From assembly GCF_009914755.1 (NCBI RefSeq), contig NC_060944.1: 64,000 nt of DNA; one strand, written 5' to 3'. Of the stretch, positions 1 to 14,095 are shown piece by piece (the stretch's first letter is position 1; the number at the start of each line of letters is the position of its first letter). This stretch comes from the human T2T-CHM13v2.0 reference genome, Homo sapiens. Made by a program: the position numbers and the translations under genes. The notes beneath the pieces are model-generated. The model did no database searches. It saw only the letters and a list, made by a program, of their open reading frames with translations, and was not told the origin of the DNA.

Positions 1-329
1 TGTGACCATTATAATGACATTGTTTGCCATGAGATACTCATATAATAAGAGGCACACAGGAGGAGGCACAGCTCCCAAATCACACTTACTCTGGGGCATA
101 CACATCAAGTGAAATTGTGGCAAAAATCCTCTGCACTCTTGATCTTTTCTCTCCGTCTGTCACTTTGTGGCTGAGTGCATGTGGTTGAGTGTGCAGAAGT
201 ACTCATGGATGATGCAACTCTCTTGTCTGAGCGTATTTCCAGGCTCAGGAACTAAGGACGTGTGACTGTAGCAGATGACTCTCATGTCTTGTGTTGGATT
301 TCCTTGGCCTCTCTCTAACTTGAGAAACA

Positions 330-793
330 GCTGCAGTGGACAGTTCTGTGCAAGCTCAGATTCATCTCAAGCTAACAGCATTTCATCTCCAGCATGAGCA
401 TGTCTTTTAGCTTCCTGCCCATGGCCTTCTTTTATGTTGCTGGAGTTCCTAACCCACAGACCATTAGGGGCCAGAATAATGAGGATGTTAATGCCTCAAA
501 GACCACCATCAATCATCAGGGTCCAGAACCTTGAATAAACTCCCCAGCCTCTCATCATTTAGGTGGGCAACCCTGGGAGGCATCTGTACTTTTCTCAGCA
601 GGTCCCAATGGATTCAAGCCCTAGTTTCCCAAAGAAGTAGCCTCAGTAATAGATCTGTATATTGGCCTAATCTTCTTCCCTGTGTCATTCTCCTCACAAC
701 TTCAGTCTGCTTCCTGAGATCATCTCCCAAATAAACAACTGATGTCCAGGTTCTTGCCTCAGGCTCTGATTTCAGAGGAACACTAATGAAGAG
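330..793 (+). mobile_element. ERVL-class solo LTR (LTR16-like)
   Basis: 3' end CTCCCAAATAAACAACTG...TTGCCTCAGGCTCTGATTTCAGAGGAACACTAATGAAGA resembles the LTR16-family terminus with AATAAA; 5' boundary approximate. Confidence 0.6.
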
Positions 794-798
794 CGATG

Positions 799-950
799 TT
801 AGGTCAGTAATGTAATCTCTCTGAGTCAATACTTACTCATCTATGAAACAGGAATATTAAGATCTACCTTATAAGGTTGTTGAAAGGATTAGATATAATT
901 TATATAATGCATTTATCCCTATCCATGGTACATGACTCACTTTAAACACT
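799..950 (+). mobile_element. MIR SINE fragment
   Basis: MIR core-like: CTCTCTGAGTCAATACTTACTCATCTATGAAACAGG...CTACCTTATAAGGTTGTTGAAAGGATTAGA. Confidence 0.7.
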
Positions 951-1530
951 GACAGGTGTCTTAAGAGATAGACAAATATAAATAGAAACCTAATTCTAAC
1001 ATGATTTCTATAGAGAAGACGAGAAAGAGACAGAGTGAACAGACCTGAGGTGCTACATGCATGAATACTTGCTACTGGTTTCCTTTTATCTTCCTGAGGC
1101 AGTTACCATAGGCATGATCAATCCTCCTCAGAACCAGCCTTTGCCCTTGTGTTACCCGGCATGAGGGTGCCCTACTGTTCTGCTCCTCCTTCCCCTCTCT
1201 AGCAAATGCCTCCAGGAATTAGGGATGCAATTTCATTTTCTTAGTTCACTCACCTTTTAACTATGCCCATTACTATTCCATTTTATTCTAACCAATGAAT
1301 TATATTCTACTTTCATTAAGGGCTTTCCTATCCAGGAAACTCAAGTGGGTCCAAATTTCCCACAAGCACCTCATTTACCCAGCAGCGTTTTGTTTAGAAA
1401 TTAGCTCTTCTATACATAGGGCATGCCGAGATAACTGAAGCTTATTTATTTAAGTTATGCTTACTTTAGAAATACAAATATTAAAATACACCAATTTTGT
1501 ATTAAGCTAAAATATAGTAAATGTGGGCTG

Positions 1531-1875
1531 TGTTTTAGTTAGGGTTGCTATAATAAATACCATCGACTGGGTAGCTTAAACAACAAACATTAATTTGTCA
1601 CGATTCTGGAGGCTGGGTAACCCAAGATCAAGGTGTGGGCCAATTCAGTTTCTGGTGAGGGCCCTCCCCCTAGTTTGCAGATGGCCATCTTCTTTTTGTA
1701 TTCTTGCATGGCAGAGAGAAAAAGGGCTATTCTTCTTCTTCTTATAAAGACATTTCATCATGGGGGCTCCAATATTATGACTAAATTACCTCCCAAAGGC
1801 CCCACTTCCAAATACCATCACATATAGGGCTTCAACATTTGAAATTTGGTGGGGGGACACATTCAGTCCACAGCA
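1531..1875 (-). mobile_element. MaLR solo LTR (MLT1A/A0-like)
   Basis: GTTGCTATAATAAATACCATCGACTGGGTAGCTTAAACAACAAACA...CCCAAAGGCCCCACTTCCAAATACCATCACA...GGGGACACATTCAGTCCACAGCA, reverse-oriented MLT1A pattern. Confidence 0.85.
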
Positions 1876-3426
1876 TTGAGTGACAAATCTTTAAAAATTG
1901 GTGCATCTTTTTAGCCTTCTTTTATATAATTCATTGAGCCTAATTAAAAGTTTTTAAATTTATAATTTAGAGTTATTATACCTAGCAATCCAGTGATACC
2001 TAGTTGATGAGAAGTTAAACTAGAAATTATTGTCAGTTCTGTACTAGTTACTTATTAAAGGCTTGTTGAATAAATCATTGAATGATCGAATGAATGATGC
2101 ATGATTCTTCCCTGGGGTTTCTTCTAACTCTAGAATTGTATGATTCTATGATTAGCAAATCCTTTGGGAACAAATCTTCTTTCAACAAAGTTGGTCTAAG
2201 GTCCTCCAGGAAGGTGGAGGTGCCAGTATCCTTAGTTGTGGACTGATGTAATTACAGCTAAGGACCATAGTTTAGTTTCTTTTGTTGGCCTTGCTAGAGC
2301 AGCCCAGTTGTGGCTGGGGTAAGGGAACAATAGCTGAGTCCCGAAGTTGACATGCTTTAGCCAGAATTTTTACATAGGCGGAACAGCGTAATTGGAAGGG
2401 GATCTAGCAAGTTTGTCTTGGAGCTGGGCATACATAAAAACATATTGTTTTTTACTTAGCACATGTGCTTCTTACTGGAGGTGTTAGGATTTATGAAAAT
2501 TATGGAGTGCTAACATCTTCCTGATCACACTGTGCTACCAACATAACCCCATTTCCGAAGAGTTAAAATTAAGCCTTTTAGAATCATATGTAAACTATGA
2601 GAGTAGGTTCTTACTAAGGGTTTCTGAGGATAGCATAAGAGGAATATTCAGGTGCTTTAGTGCAATGACTTGTTTTAGATATAGATAATTATATAGGTAA
2701 TCTTTACAGATGTATAACTATATAATATATAATGGGATATATTATATGTATTTTGGCTTTACTTCTTCATTTATAAGATATTTATTGTATATATTTGCTC
2801 AGGTAACTACTGCCAATAATCAATAAGTGGGACAGATATGGTTTTGTGACCTCATGAAGTGTACAGAAAAGATTAAATATGTAAGGTGTTCCTATACCAA
2901 AGATGGAATCATTTTAAACCTACCATTGCAAAGAAAAATAGTTTTTAAACAAAGCTGTTTTTCAAATACAGGATCTTGGTAGATTAAAAGATTTATGTTG
3001 ATATTACAATATTGTTAAAGAAAATGCTGAGTTTTAGGTGAGATATTCAAGGTGTGTAGCTTTCTATGTAATTTCCTTAACTTGAACCAACTGTTATTAA
3101 GACCTTTTGAGGCCAACCATTTAAACACCACTAGGTAACACAAAAAACAATGATATCTGTGACATTGTATGTATCAAAAATTAAATGTTATAAGGACAAC
3201 CAGTGCACTAAGTAGGATACACTTGTGATGGCCTTGTTTGTGCTTATTTTCTTGTTTTGTTTTAATTCTTTACATTTTGGAGAAAATAGGAGAAGATTCA
3301 TGGGTTGGTTACCAAAAGGGAAATGTGAATTAGTGAAGTGAGAAACAATATGTATATTTTCATCTTGCTAAATAAATGTGGTCTCAAGTCTTGTGATGAA
3401 GGGCGATGAGATACTACTAAGTGGCT

Positions 3427-3458
3427 GTGTGTATGTGTGTGTGTGTATGTGTGTGTGT
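3427..3458. repeat. (TG)n microsatellite, imperfect
   Basis: Direct inspection. Confidence 0.9.
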
Positions 3459-3929
3459 ACAATATATCTGTTAGCTCTAATGATGTGTTTGCATATTCTT
3501 TGAATAAATGACTCTTTTATATTCTTAGAATGTTCTAGATAGGTTGATTTAATCAGTAACATCTTTCTTTAAGTTTCCTAATTCTAGGGTGCCATGTGAA
3601 AAGATGCAGAAGAAAAGTTATGCTTACACAGATGACATTCAGGAATGAATACTTTCTGCTATAACAATAAAAAAGTCCAGTACTAGTTTCAATATCAAAA
3701 GACGAAGAGAAATGGTTATTTAGAACTCTGTGCATAGAATACCAATCTGGCTTTCTCTGTAGTTAACTGATTCTGAATAAAGATGGTGATTTGATCAAAT
3801 TTCAAACATTTTGAATTCCTCAGAATACCCTTAATTGGCACAGTTTTGTTCTTTACACCCTTTGCTTCACTCTTGCTTTACAAAAGTTAGTGAATAAATG
3901 AATGATCCATTTAGTCTCCCAAAGTTTTG

Positions 3930-6860
3930 ATATACTACTTTTGTCATATCTAGAATCTCACATATATTGAGGTTTATTTTAGAGGCTTTTGTTCTGTGTC
4001 ACTGTCCTGGGTCCATATATCAACTCTGGATTCAAATTATTTTAGTTACTATAGCCTCATAATATTTGGAGAGGCTGATAATACCACATTACTCTTCTCT
4101 TTCAGAAATTTCCAGGATTTTGACATAATATATTTTTTTTCAGATAAACGTAGAAATTATTTCAAGTTTCAAAATGTATTATTTTCTTGTTTAGTGTATT
4201 TTATAATTTAATTTAGAGAAACTAGATTTTTTATAATATCAGGTTTTATTATTCACTAACAACACAGGTTTTCTCATTTCTTTGTGTCTTTTTAATAGCT
4301 TTTATAGAACTTTAAAAATTGGCTGCACACCTTTATATTTGTTTCTAAGTGATTACTGGTGTCTATTGATATTGTGATTAAAATGTTTGATTCATTAGAT
4401 TTTTTACCTTGATATATAGAAATATCATTAAATATTGCATATTCATGTTCTCATACCTTAGCTACTTTGAATTCTTTTTGGTTATACAATTTTTTCAGTT
4501 AATATTTTTTAGTTTTCTTGTGAACTATTATATTGTCTGCACTTAATTAGAGCTTCGTCTCATTTTCACAATTTTTCAATGAATTAATTATTATTGTTAT
4601 ATTGGTTAGAATTGAGTTGTTTTATATAGCAGCATATCACTAAATAGGCATTCTTAGTTAAGTTCAGACATAAATAAAAATGCTTTGACATTTCGTCATT
4701 AAAAAGGTTTAATCTTTTTAAGTTCCAGGGAGAAATCTTTTTCAGATTAAGTAGATTTATTTTTATTTCTAGGTTATGCAGAGGAGAAATGATTGTTTTA
4801 TTAAAATGTATAAACAGAATTATTAATACATTTATATAACACATATTAATATACACACATTCCTTCAAATGATTTAATTTAAAGAATTTCATTAGTAAAT
4901 TTTATAATGTTGGACTATCCCTGCATTTAAAAAAAATAAACCCTACTTGATCATGATACATTAATCTTTTGATGTGTTGCTATATTTTTGCATGCTGTTT
5001 TTAAAATTAATTTTAAATTGAGATATAGTTTACATACAATAAAATTCACCCTTTTAGTATATAATTCCATGAATGTTGACAAATGAATACAGTGGTGTTA
5101 TCAATACCCCTTTAAGTGTGTTGCTTTGATTTGCTAAGATTTATGATTGTAGCTTCTAATTCTGTAAGGGAAAAGGACCATACTTTTCTATTTTCCAATG
5201 TTATCTGTCTTTTTCTGGATCTGGTATCAGGCTTATTTTAACTTTATAAAAGGAATTAAGAAGATTTTTATCTATGTATATGTTTAGGAACAGTAAATAA
5301 CGGGATGATCATCTGTTTCTTAATGATTTTATAGAACCTGCTTCTTCCTAGGAGTAAATCTTTGACCATCCTTTCATTTTCTCCTCATGGTTTTTCCCTC
5401 TGGTTTTTAAATCTTCTTGAGCTACTTTTGATTATCTCTATTTTCCTAGAAAATCGTTCATTTAATTTAAATTTTCAGAATTACTGGCAAAAAGTTTAAC
5501 AATTGTGTACCAATGTATGTTTTTATTTACATTTATCTTGTTCTAATGACATCTGGTTAAGTGTATTTTCTTCTTTACCTTAATAGGTCTTAAAAATTGT
5601 TTTACCTATATTTTTAAAGGACAGCTTTACTTTTATAATTAGCTACTCTTTGTCTTGCTATTTAGTTCTTTTCTGGCTTTGTAGTTTTTCTTTTTTTCTC
5701 TGTCTGGTAATGTCTTCCACTTACACTGTATTTCTGATGTGGCTAGAGTGCAGTGGCGTGCGATCTCAGCTCACTGCAACTTCCGCCTCCTGGGTTCAAG
5801 CACTTCCCTGCCTCAGCCTCCCGAGTAGCTGGGATTACAGATGGGGTTTCACCATCTTGGCCAGTCTTGTCTTGAACTCATGACCTTGTGATACACCTGC
5901 CTCGGCCTCCCAAAGTGCTGAGATTACAGGTGTGAGCCACCACTCCTGGCCAAGGCTATATATTATCTACGTTACATGATAAACATTGTACGACATGAGC
6001 ATGTAGCATTTTATAAAAATATTCATTGACATCATCTCACAGCTTTTGATATGTTTCTTGTCATTAATTTCCAAGTAACTTATAATGCTATTTTTAGTTG
6101 CTTTACAAACCAATAATTATTAGACATTTAAAAACATTTTTGAATGATTAAATTATTTTAGAGAGGGGATACATTCTTGTTTTTATATTAATTTTAGTTT
6201 AGTCACATTATCTCAGAAAAAAAGTGTCCTGTATGACTTTCTGTTTCTGTATTTGAAATCCCAATTTGAAGATCTTTGTATTCTAACACATGATGTTTAA
6301 ATTGTATTATTTTTGTTTGAAAATAATGCATTTCAGGATTCATGGATTTTTCTCTTGTTTTATGTATATCTAATGATTAAATCAACTTTGTATTAAGTAA
6401 ATCTTATAATCACTCAATTTTTTATACACTTGAATGACTAATTTCTGAAAGAGTTGTGCTAAAATCGCTATTCTTTTAAAATGGTGAATTTCTCCTTTTT
6501 TCTATCTGTTATTGCTTTATCAGTTTTTGAAGCAGTGTTAGCATAACATCTCAATAAGTGAGCAATTTACTATATAATTATTTGGTTATAAGTTTTGTCA
6601 AAACATCTTTCTTGGTTTCATTTTATGCTTTTTACATTGAATTCTATTACATTTGGTAGCAATGTTGCCATTTATACTTGCTTTTTGTTATCCTTGTCTG
6701 TTATACTATTATATTTTCCAGTTTTAACGTTTCTGTAGCATTTAGTTACATATGTAGCTCTAGCCATTCTGAGAGTTGCTATGTTTTAATAACATAATTT
6801 AAACCATTTATATTTATTATAATGACTGAAATGTTTATACTTATTCATGACATTATATTG
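3930..6860 (-). mobile_element. Old L1M LINE fragments (ORF2 region, antisense), interrupted by a short L1 3'-end at about 5000-5110 and by the Alu-containing insert at about 5702-6000
   Basis: T-rich antisense L1 phrases (AAACCCTACTTGATCATGATAC, GGTATCAGGCTTATTTTAACTTTATAAAAGGAATTAAGAAG, TTCTGAAAGAGTTGTGCTAAAATC); boundaries approximate. Confidence 0.75.
5741..5951 (-). mobile_element. AluS-type element lacking poly(A) tail and the central linker
   Basis: GGCTAGAGTGCAGTGGC...GGGATTACAG joined directly to ATGGGGTTTCACC...GAGCCACCACTCCTGGCC. Confidence 0.95.
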
Positions 6861-7326
6861 TTGGTTTTCTCTATACTGTTTTCCTCTCTTTGGCTGTATT
6901 AGACGTGGCTAGCCAGATGCCTGATTAAGCTGAAAATCCAGGTAAAATCTATTTTAAATTCAGAGAGAAAAGTTCTAACCCCAACCAGCTGGAAAATGGT
7001 ACATCTGTATGCAGTTCACTAAATGCTACATACTGCTGTATGGCATGAATTCTGCAGCACTTTATAAAAATATGCCGTTCTCATATACAAAGGTGAACTT
7101 ACTGACCCTTCCATCTGTGAGACATGTGCTTTGAGCTGCTTTTGATATGTTGGTGAAGTGTTATATTGAGCCATGGCATACATTTGTATTATAGCTTCTT
7201 GGGGTTAGAATTTAAAACTGTGGATATTAGACAGTTTTTTCTCTCTCTAGCTCTAAAAAGAATTATATTTTTAATATTTAATAATCTATATCTTTTGGTA
7301 ACTCTTGAGCTATTTTGACTACATTA

Positions 7327-7460
7327 AGGTGGTCATACATATGTTACCCAAACTGGAATGCTTTTGATCATGAAAAGTGACACTGTTAATAATTCATGCT
7401 GGATAAACACATATGAACTGGGACCATCTAGGGCAAAATGGAATATAGAGCTGTCCTAAC
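7327..7460 (+). mobile_element. hAT-Blackjack MITE (MER94-like)
   Basis: AGGTGGTCATACA...CCAAACTGGAATGCTTTTGATCATGAAAAGTGACACTGTTAATAATT...AACTGGGACCATCTAGGGCAAA matches the recalled MER94 layout, about 130 bp. Confidence 0.65.
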
Positions 7461-7877
7461 CTTACTAGTTAGAGGAAAGAGATCATAGGTATAACATAAA
7501 TGAAAATTTGTACTGTCACTCATTTACCCATAAAAATACTTACTAGGTAAGGTGGTAGGCAGAACATTCAGCCTGGGTTTAGAGGTTTGTGGGGCAGTAA
7601 GATTTGAATTAAAGAAGAGATTATGATGCTGTGGCATGGCTTAGGTAGGACACATTCAAACTCCTAGCCTACCCCGTACACTTGAGTAGCTGTCAGGGTG
7701 AAACTGCAAACAGATACCTTCAGAAAAGAACATACAAATCCAGATTTATCCATTTTGCATACTATTTTACTCATTTGTCTGTTATTTACTTATTGTGGTC
7801 ATGTTACTATTTTTCCCGTATCTGTATATTTTAATAATTATCTTATATTGAATGACCCTGCTTGCCCAGTTTTTCTC

Positions 7878-8376
7878 TTTTCTCTACTGTAAGCAACATA
7901 AAAGAAAATATTTCATTTTATTTGTATTTTCTGCTCTTAACTATAATATTTTGCGTATTTAGATGTGAGAAAATGTAATACTGTCAGGTCATTTCTTAAA
8001 GTATGGCCTTGTGTGATCCTAAAACATTACTGAGATAGTTTAAGTTTCAGGTAAATGGTGGATGATTGTTACAATCAGTATTACTCAATATATTAAGTCC
8101 ACATTAGGTCTCAAAATCTTAGGTCTGCATTTGATTTTAGAGACATACATTATGGTGTGAGTCATTTTTCTATAAATCAGGTAAAAAATAGATACATTTT
8201 GATGTTATACGAAACTGTATTTTTCTACCATAGCAGTTACTAAATATACAAATGATATCCTTCAAGAAAGAAATGATAAAACTGTTTTAAATTCTTTTAT
8301 GAGTGTATTTTAATTATAATCTACATATAATGTTAATAGTTTTCTTATTTGATTAGAGGAAAATTTTTTGGGCTAA
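7878..8376 (+). repeat. Local duplication, copy 1 (499 bp)
   Basis: Ungapped match to 9946-10444, about 20 substitutions by manual count. Confidence 0.97.
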
Positions 8377-8974
8377 ACTTTATTTTATTTTGAATAGTTT
8401 AGTGCCATTGAGCTTCTTTCTGTATGTATTACAAATTTAATACATTTAATCCATTTTCTCCCTCATTGCTTTCTTTCCCAAAAGGACACAAGGCTGTTAA
8501 CATAATTATTTGGTCTGGAGATGTCAGAGGCTTCGCTCAAATTATTATATATCAACTTTATTTGCTCTCTCTTATTCTGTATAGTTTTCTTTTTGTAAAT
8601 TACGTAGTATAGCTAGATTGGCTCCCTGTAAATATATCTCATAGCACAAGAAATTTAAAATATTTCCAGCAATGCCTGTTTTAAAAGCGATTTCAGCTGC
8701 ACCTGTGCTTAAATCTGGCCACCTCTAGTTCAGAGCAATATTCAAACACCAAAAGCCAATGATGAACTGGACATTACTACCTCATGTCTACAAAGGAAGA
8801 ACATTAACTTAACATAGTGTGGTGTCTAGAAGAAAATGTACAGCCTCATAAAGTTTGAGGAGACGTTTTTATGCACTTTAAGCTTCAGTGTAATACCTTT
8901 ATAAGACAGGTTCTGCAGAGAGGGGCAATATTATCTTCTCAGGCTAGCTAGTATTACAACACACTTTCGCTGTA

Positions 8975-9530
8975 ATAGTCAAACAAACCTTTATTGAAAG
9001 CCAACCATATACCAAGCAGTGTTCTGGGAATTCTGGAAAAATATAAAAATATGAAATAATTTGAGATCATGTAATTATGTAATGAGTGAGAATACATTTA
9101 AGTGCTACAGTACTTCCAAGAAGGGAGAGTTTAGTACTTGATCAAGAAATTTAGACTGAATGTGAAGGTGACAGGAAATCATTGGGCAGAGAGGAGAAAA
9201 GAAGATATGCTGGATAGAGAGGACTGCAGTGGAAGGACATGGCAAATAGGAATGCAGAGGGCATGACTAGACATGCATTTGTGTTCACTAGAAATTACAG
9301 TTAATGGATTTGGATAGGAAGGGTTTATTTGGAGTTCCTCGAGAACAAAACTAAAAAAATATATACACGATATGGTTAATAGAAGGCAGTCATGAAGGAT
9401 TTTTGAATGAGAAGGTTACATGAAACTATCTGTATTTTAGAAAGTTAAATATGACTATGCCATCTGTAAGCTAGATTGGAAGAAGCAGCTCAAGGATAGT
9501 AGTTAACAACATAGTTGTTAAGTTTTAGGA
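8975..9530 (-). mobile_element. L2 LINE 3' fragment
   Basis: AAACAAACCTTTATTGAAAGCCAACCATATACCAAGCAGTGTTCTGGG followed by purine-rich antisense L2 body. Confidence 0.6.
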
Positions 9531-9602
9531 ACTTTTGGGCATTTGATTTGGTCCGCTAGAAGAAAGGAACATTATTGCAAAGAGGAAATGCATATTCCTT
9601 AG

Positions 9603-9837
<235 letters not shown>

Positions 9838-9945
9838 GGGTATTGTAAGTTCTCACTTTGGAGATTGATTGGTTTTATTGGTCTGCATAGGGATCATTTA
9901 TTAGCAGTAGCTACAGGAGGTCCATCTCAATGTTATTAGGTTACA

Positions 9946-10444
9946 TTTTCTGTACTGTAAGCAATATAAAAGAAAATATTTCATTTTATTTGTATTTTCT
10001 GCTCTTAACTATAATATTTTACATATTTAGATGTGAGAAAATGTAATGCTGTCAGGTCATTTCTTAAAGTATGGCCTTGTGTGATCCTAAAACATTACTG
10101 AGATAGTTTAAGTTTCAGGTAAATGGTGGATGATTGTTACAATCAGTATTACTCAATATATTAAGTCTACATTAGGCCTCAAAATCTTAGGTCTGCATTT
10201 GATTTTAGACACATATATTATGGTGTGAGTCATTTTTCTATAAATCAGGTAAAATGTAGGTACATCTTGATGTTATACGAAACTGTATTTTTCTACCATA
10301 GCAGTTACTAAATATACAAATGATATCCTTCAAGAAAGAAATGATAAAACTGTTTTAAATTCTTTTATGAGTGTGTTTTTATCTTAATCTACATATACTG
10401 TTAATAGTTTTCTTATTCGATTAGAGGAAATTTTTTTGGGCTAA
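9946..10444 (+). repeat. Local duplication, copy 2 (499 bp)
   Basis: Matches 7878-8376 at constant offset 2068. Confidence 0.97.
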
Positions 10445-11790
10445 GTTTCCTATAAAAGGCAGATGTTTTTAAGAGTACAGATTGTGTATAATAATGAAAT
10501 GTATCTGTGCAAGTAACATTCTGATTTGTACTTTAATTGCTGTTTATATACAGTGTGAATTAAGAATAAAACAGTGAGGTGAGGGAGGGAAGAAGGAATG
10601 AGGAATATAATTAGCATACTCAGTAGTTTGGAAATGTAACTGTTTTAATTAACAGCTTTGTGGTGGCAAAACAAACGTGCTTTGGGAAAGCTAAGAATAA
10701 CTAGGATTGTGGCATCCTCCTTGGGAAAAAGTTGTTTATAATCTTAATGTTTTATTTCCTTTTGGCTGACAGACAAAAGAAAACAAAGTATATGAAATAT
10801 TTGTGTCAGAAGATATTTATATGTTCAGTTTTACCAATTTTATGCATTATTAAAAAGATATTTACTTATTAATTCAACTAAATGCCAAGCATACTACTTC
10901 TACTAATATTAACCTTTGTCTTTGTATCCTTCCAGAATTGCATTTATATATTTATAAGAATATGTATATAGAGTCTATTTATTCATATTTTTAAAAAAGT
11001 GATCACATTGAAATCATGTTGTTTTGAAAATTGTCTTTTACTTAACTAGACATTAAGAATTTAGAATTGTTTACTTGCATGAATGGGTCTGATTGTCAGG
11101 TGATTTTTCAGTTCAATATTTGTCCTTCCCTTTGTCTAAAATGGTCTTGATTTACATTTCTTAGCTCTAGGCATGACTAGTAGATAGGGCTAGAAAACAG
11201 GCTTTCAGAGACTAAGACTCTCAAACAGATAAATAAATATACTAAATGAGACATGGTAAGTGCTGTTAAAGACATGCCAATGAAGATAGTAGGAGTACAA
11301 AGGAGGAGAAACTAACTTTGCCTCAGGGAGTTGTAAGGAACTGCAAGGACCTTCTGCTGACTTTTCCTCTACGCTCTTCAACCTGGTTCTTCACCTCTGC
11401 AGTTTGTTTTCTCTGTTTTCTCCTGCCTAATACTCACTCATCTGTGATCTTTTCCCTTATATTTTCTCTCACTTAATTGGCATTGGTCCACTTCTTTTAA
11501 ATGAAAAAAGAAGATATTTAGAAATTACAAGGCATTTATGGTTTATTAAAATATGGAAAATGCTTTTTTTAGAATAAAAACTAATATAACACTTCCTACT
11601 CCTTTGTCATAATCAAATAGATACGTTAAAATTGTATTAATTTTTTAAAATTTTCCCTATCTGCAAATATGTGGTGTCCATCACAATCTAAGTAAGACCA
11701 TCTAAAAGTAAACCTTAATATAACATATTTTTTCATCTCTTCTTTAAAATAAATACATATGCAATATATTATTTGTTGTGGTTAAGTTAG

Positions 11791-12115
<325 letters not shown>

Positions 12116-12364
12116 GAAAAGTTATCAACCCCAAATTTCACTGCCATTATTTCACCATACACTTTTCCTGTCTTTTTTTCCCCCTCTGGTATAAATATAT
12201 ACATAGAAATACTAACAACAAACACATTTGCATAAAAATGAGTCAAACCATATGTACTGTTTTATATTCAGCTTTGTTCACTCATTCAACAATCAAATAA
12301 ACAACTCACAATCAAATAAACATCTCATTAGTAATTGCACAGTTGTCTTCATTTTTAATGATAG

Positions 12365-12714
12365 TGTTGTAGGACTCTCTCCTTAGTTCAGCTAAAAGCC
12401 CGGGGGTCCTTGTCACAGGGCCATGAAAAATTAGGCGTGCAGACAATTTGAAGGGTGAGCACGGCGGGGTTTATTGGACGAAAAGGAAAAAAATACACAG
12501 TGACTCTCCACAAAGCCAGAGTTCTGCTAGTGCACTTCCTGCCTGGCAGACTGAACCCCTGTACCACCTAGGAAGAAGAGGGGCCAGCCTCGTCCCCGCT
12601 GCAAACAACGCGAACTTCTGTGGCTCCATCCCAGTGTGTACTCCTCCCAGTGTGTAGCAGGTCAGTTGCAGTTTTTAGTTTTTCCCGGGAACCCCCTTAC
12701 ACTTGGCTGTCTCA
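12365..12714 (-). mobile_element. ERV1 solo LTR (MER61A/B-like)
   Basis: TG...CA termini (TGTTGTAGGACTCTCTCCTTAGTTCAGCTAAA ... CTTGGCTGTCTCA); near-TSD ATAG/ATAA; interrupts an old L1 3' region. Confidence 0.85.
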
Positions 12715-12715
12715 A

Positions 12716-13666
<951 letters not shown>

Positions 13667-13859
13667 CTAAAATATTTTTGAGGACTAATTTTTTTGAATG
13701 CATTTTTTTCTGTCAATTACTCATAAAATTTATTATTATGGCCTTTTTAAAATGGAGCTTTTGTCTTTCTTCAGTACTTTTATCTACTTATTCTATTTAA
13801 CAATAACTTACCAAAATATTATGTTTACTTATTCACTTTTATTGCTATACTTACACTTT

Positions 13860-14095
13860 TAGAAGTAGCAGAGTATAAAGAAATGGAATCTGAAGAGCCA
13901 GTTTTGATTCCTTGATATTACACCTGCTAGCTTGTGACTTTAGACAAGTTGCTCAACTTCTTTGAGATTAAGTTTGCCCATCTGTACCATGGAGTTAATA
14001 ACACCTACCTCATTGTTTTGCCTTAAGAATCAAATGAAGTATGTTTGTACATGGGGTTTGTAATCTGTAAAGGCCTTCACAAGATGCAGCCTGTT
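13860..14095 (+). mobile_element. MIR SINE
   Basis: CTAGCTTGTGACTTTAGACAAGTTGCTCAACTTCTTTGAG...CATCTGTACCATGGAGTTAATAACACCTACCTCAT. Confidence 0.8.

Noticed and set aside
3588-3672. Possible terminal exon (TAG acceptor, short frame VPCEKMQKKSYAYTDDIQE*, AATAAA)
   Set aside because: Expected by chance in AT-rich DNA; no homology recognised
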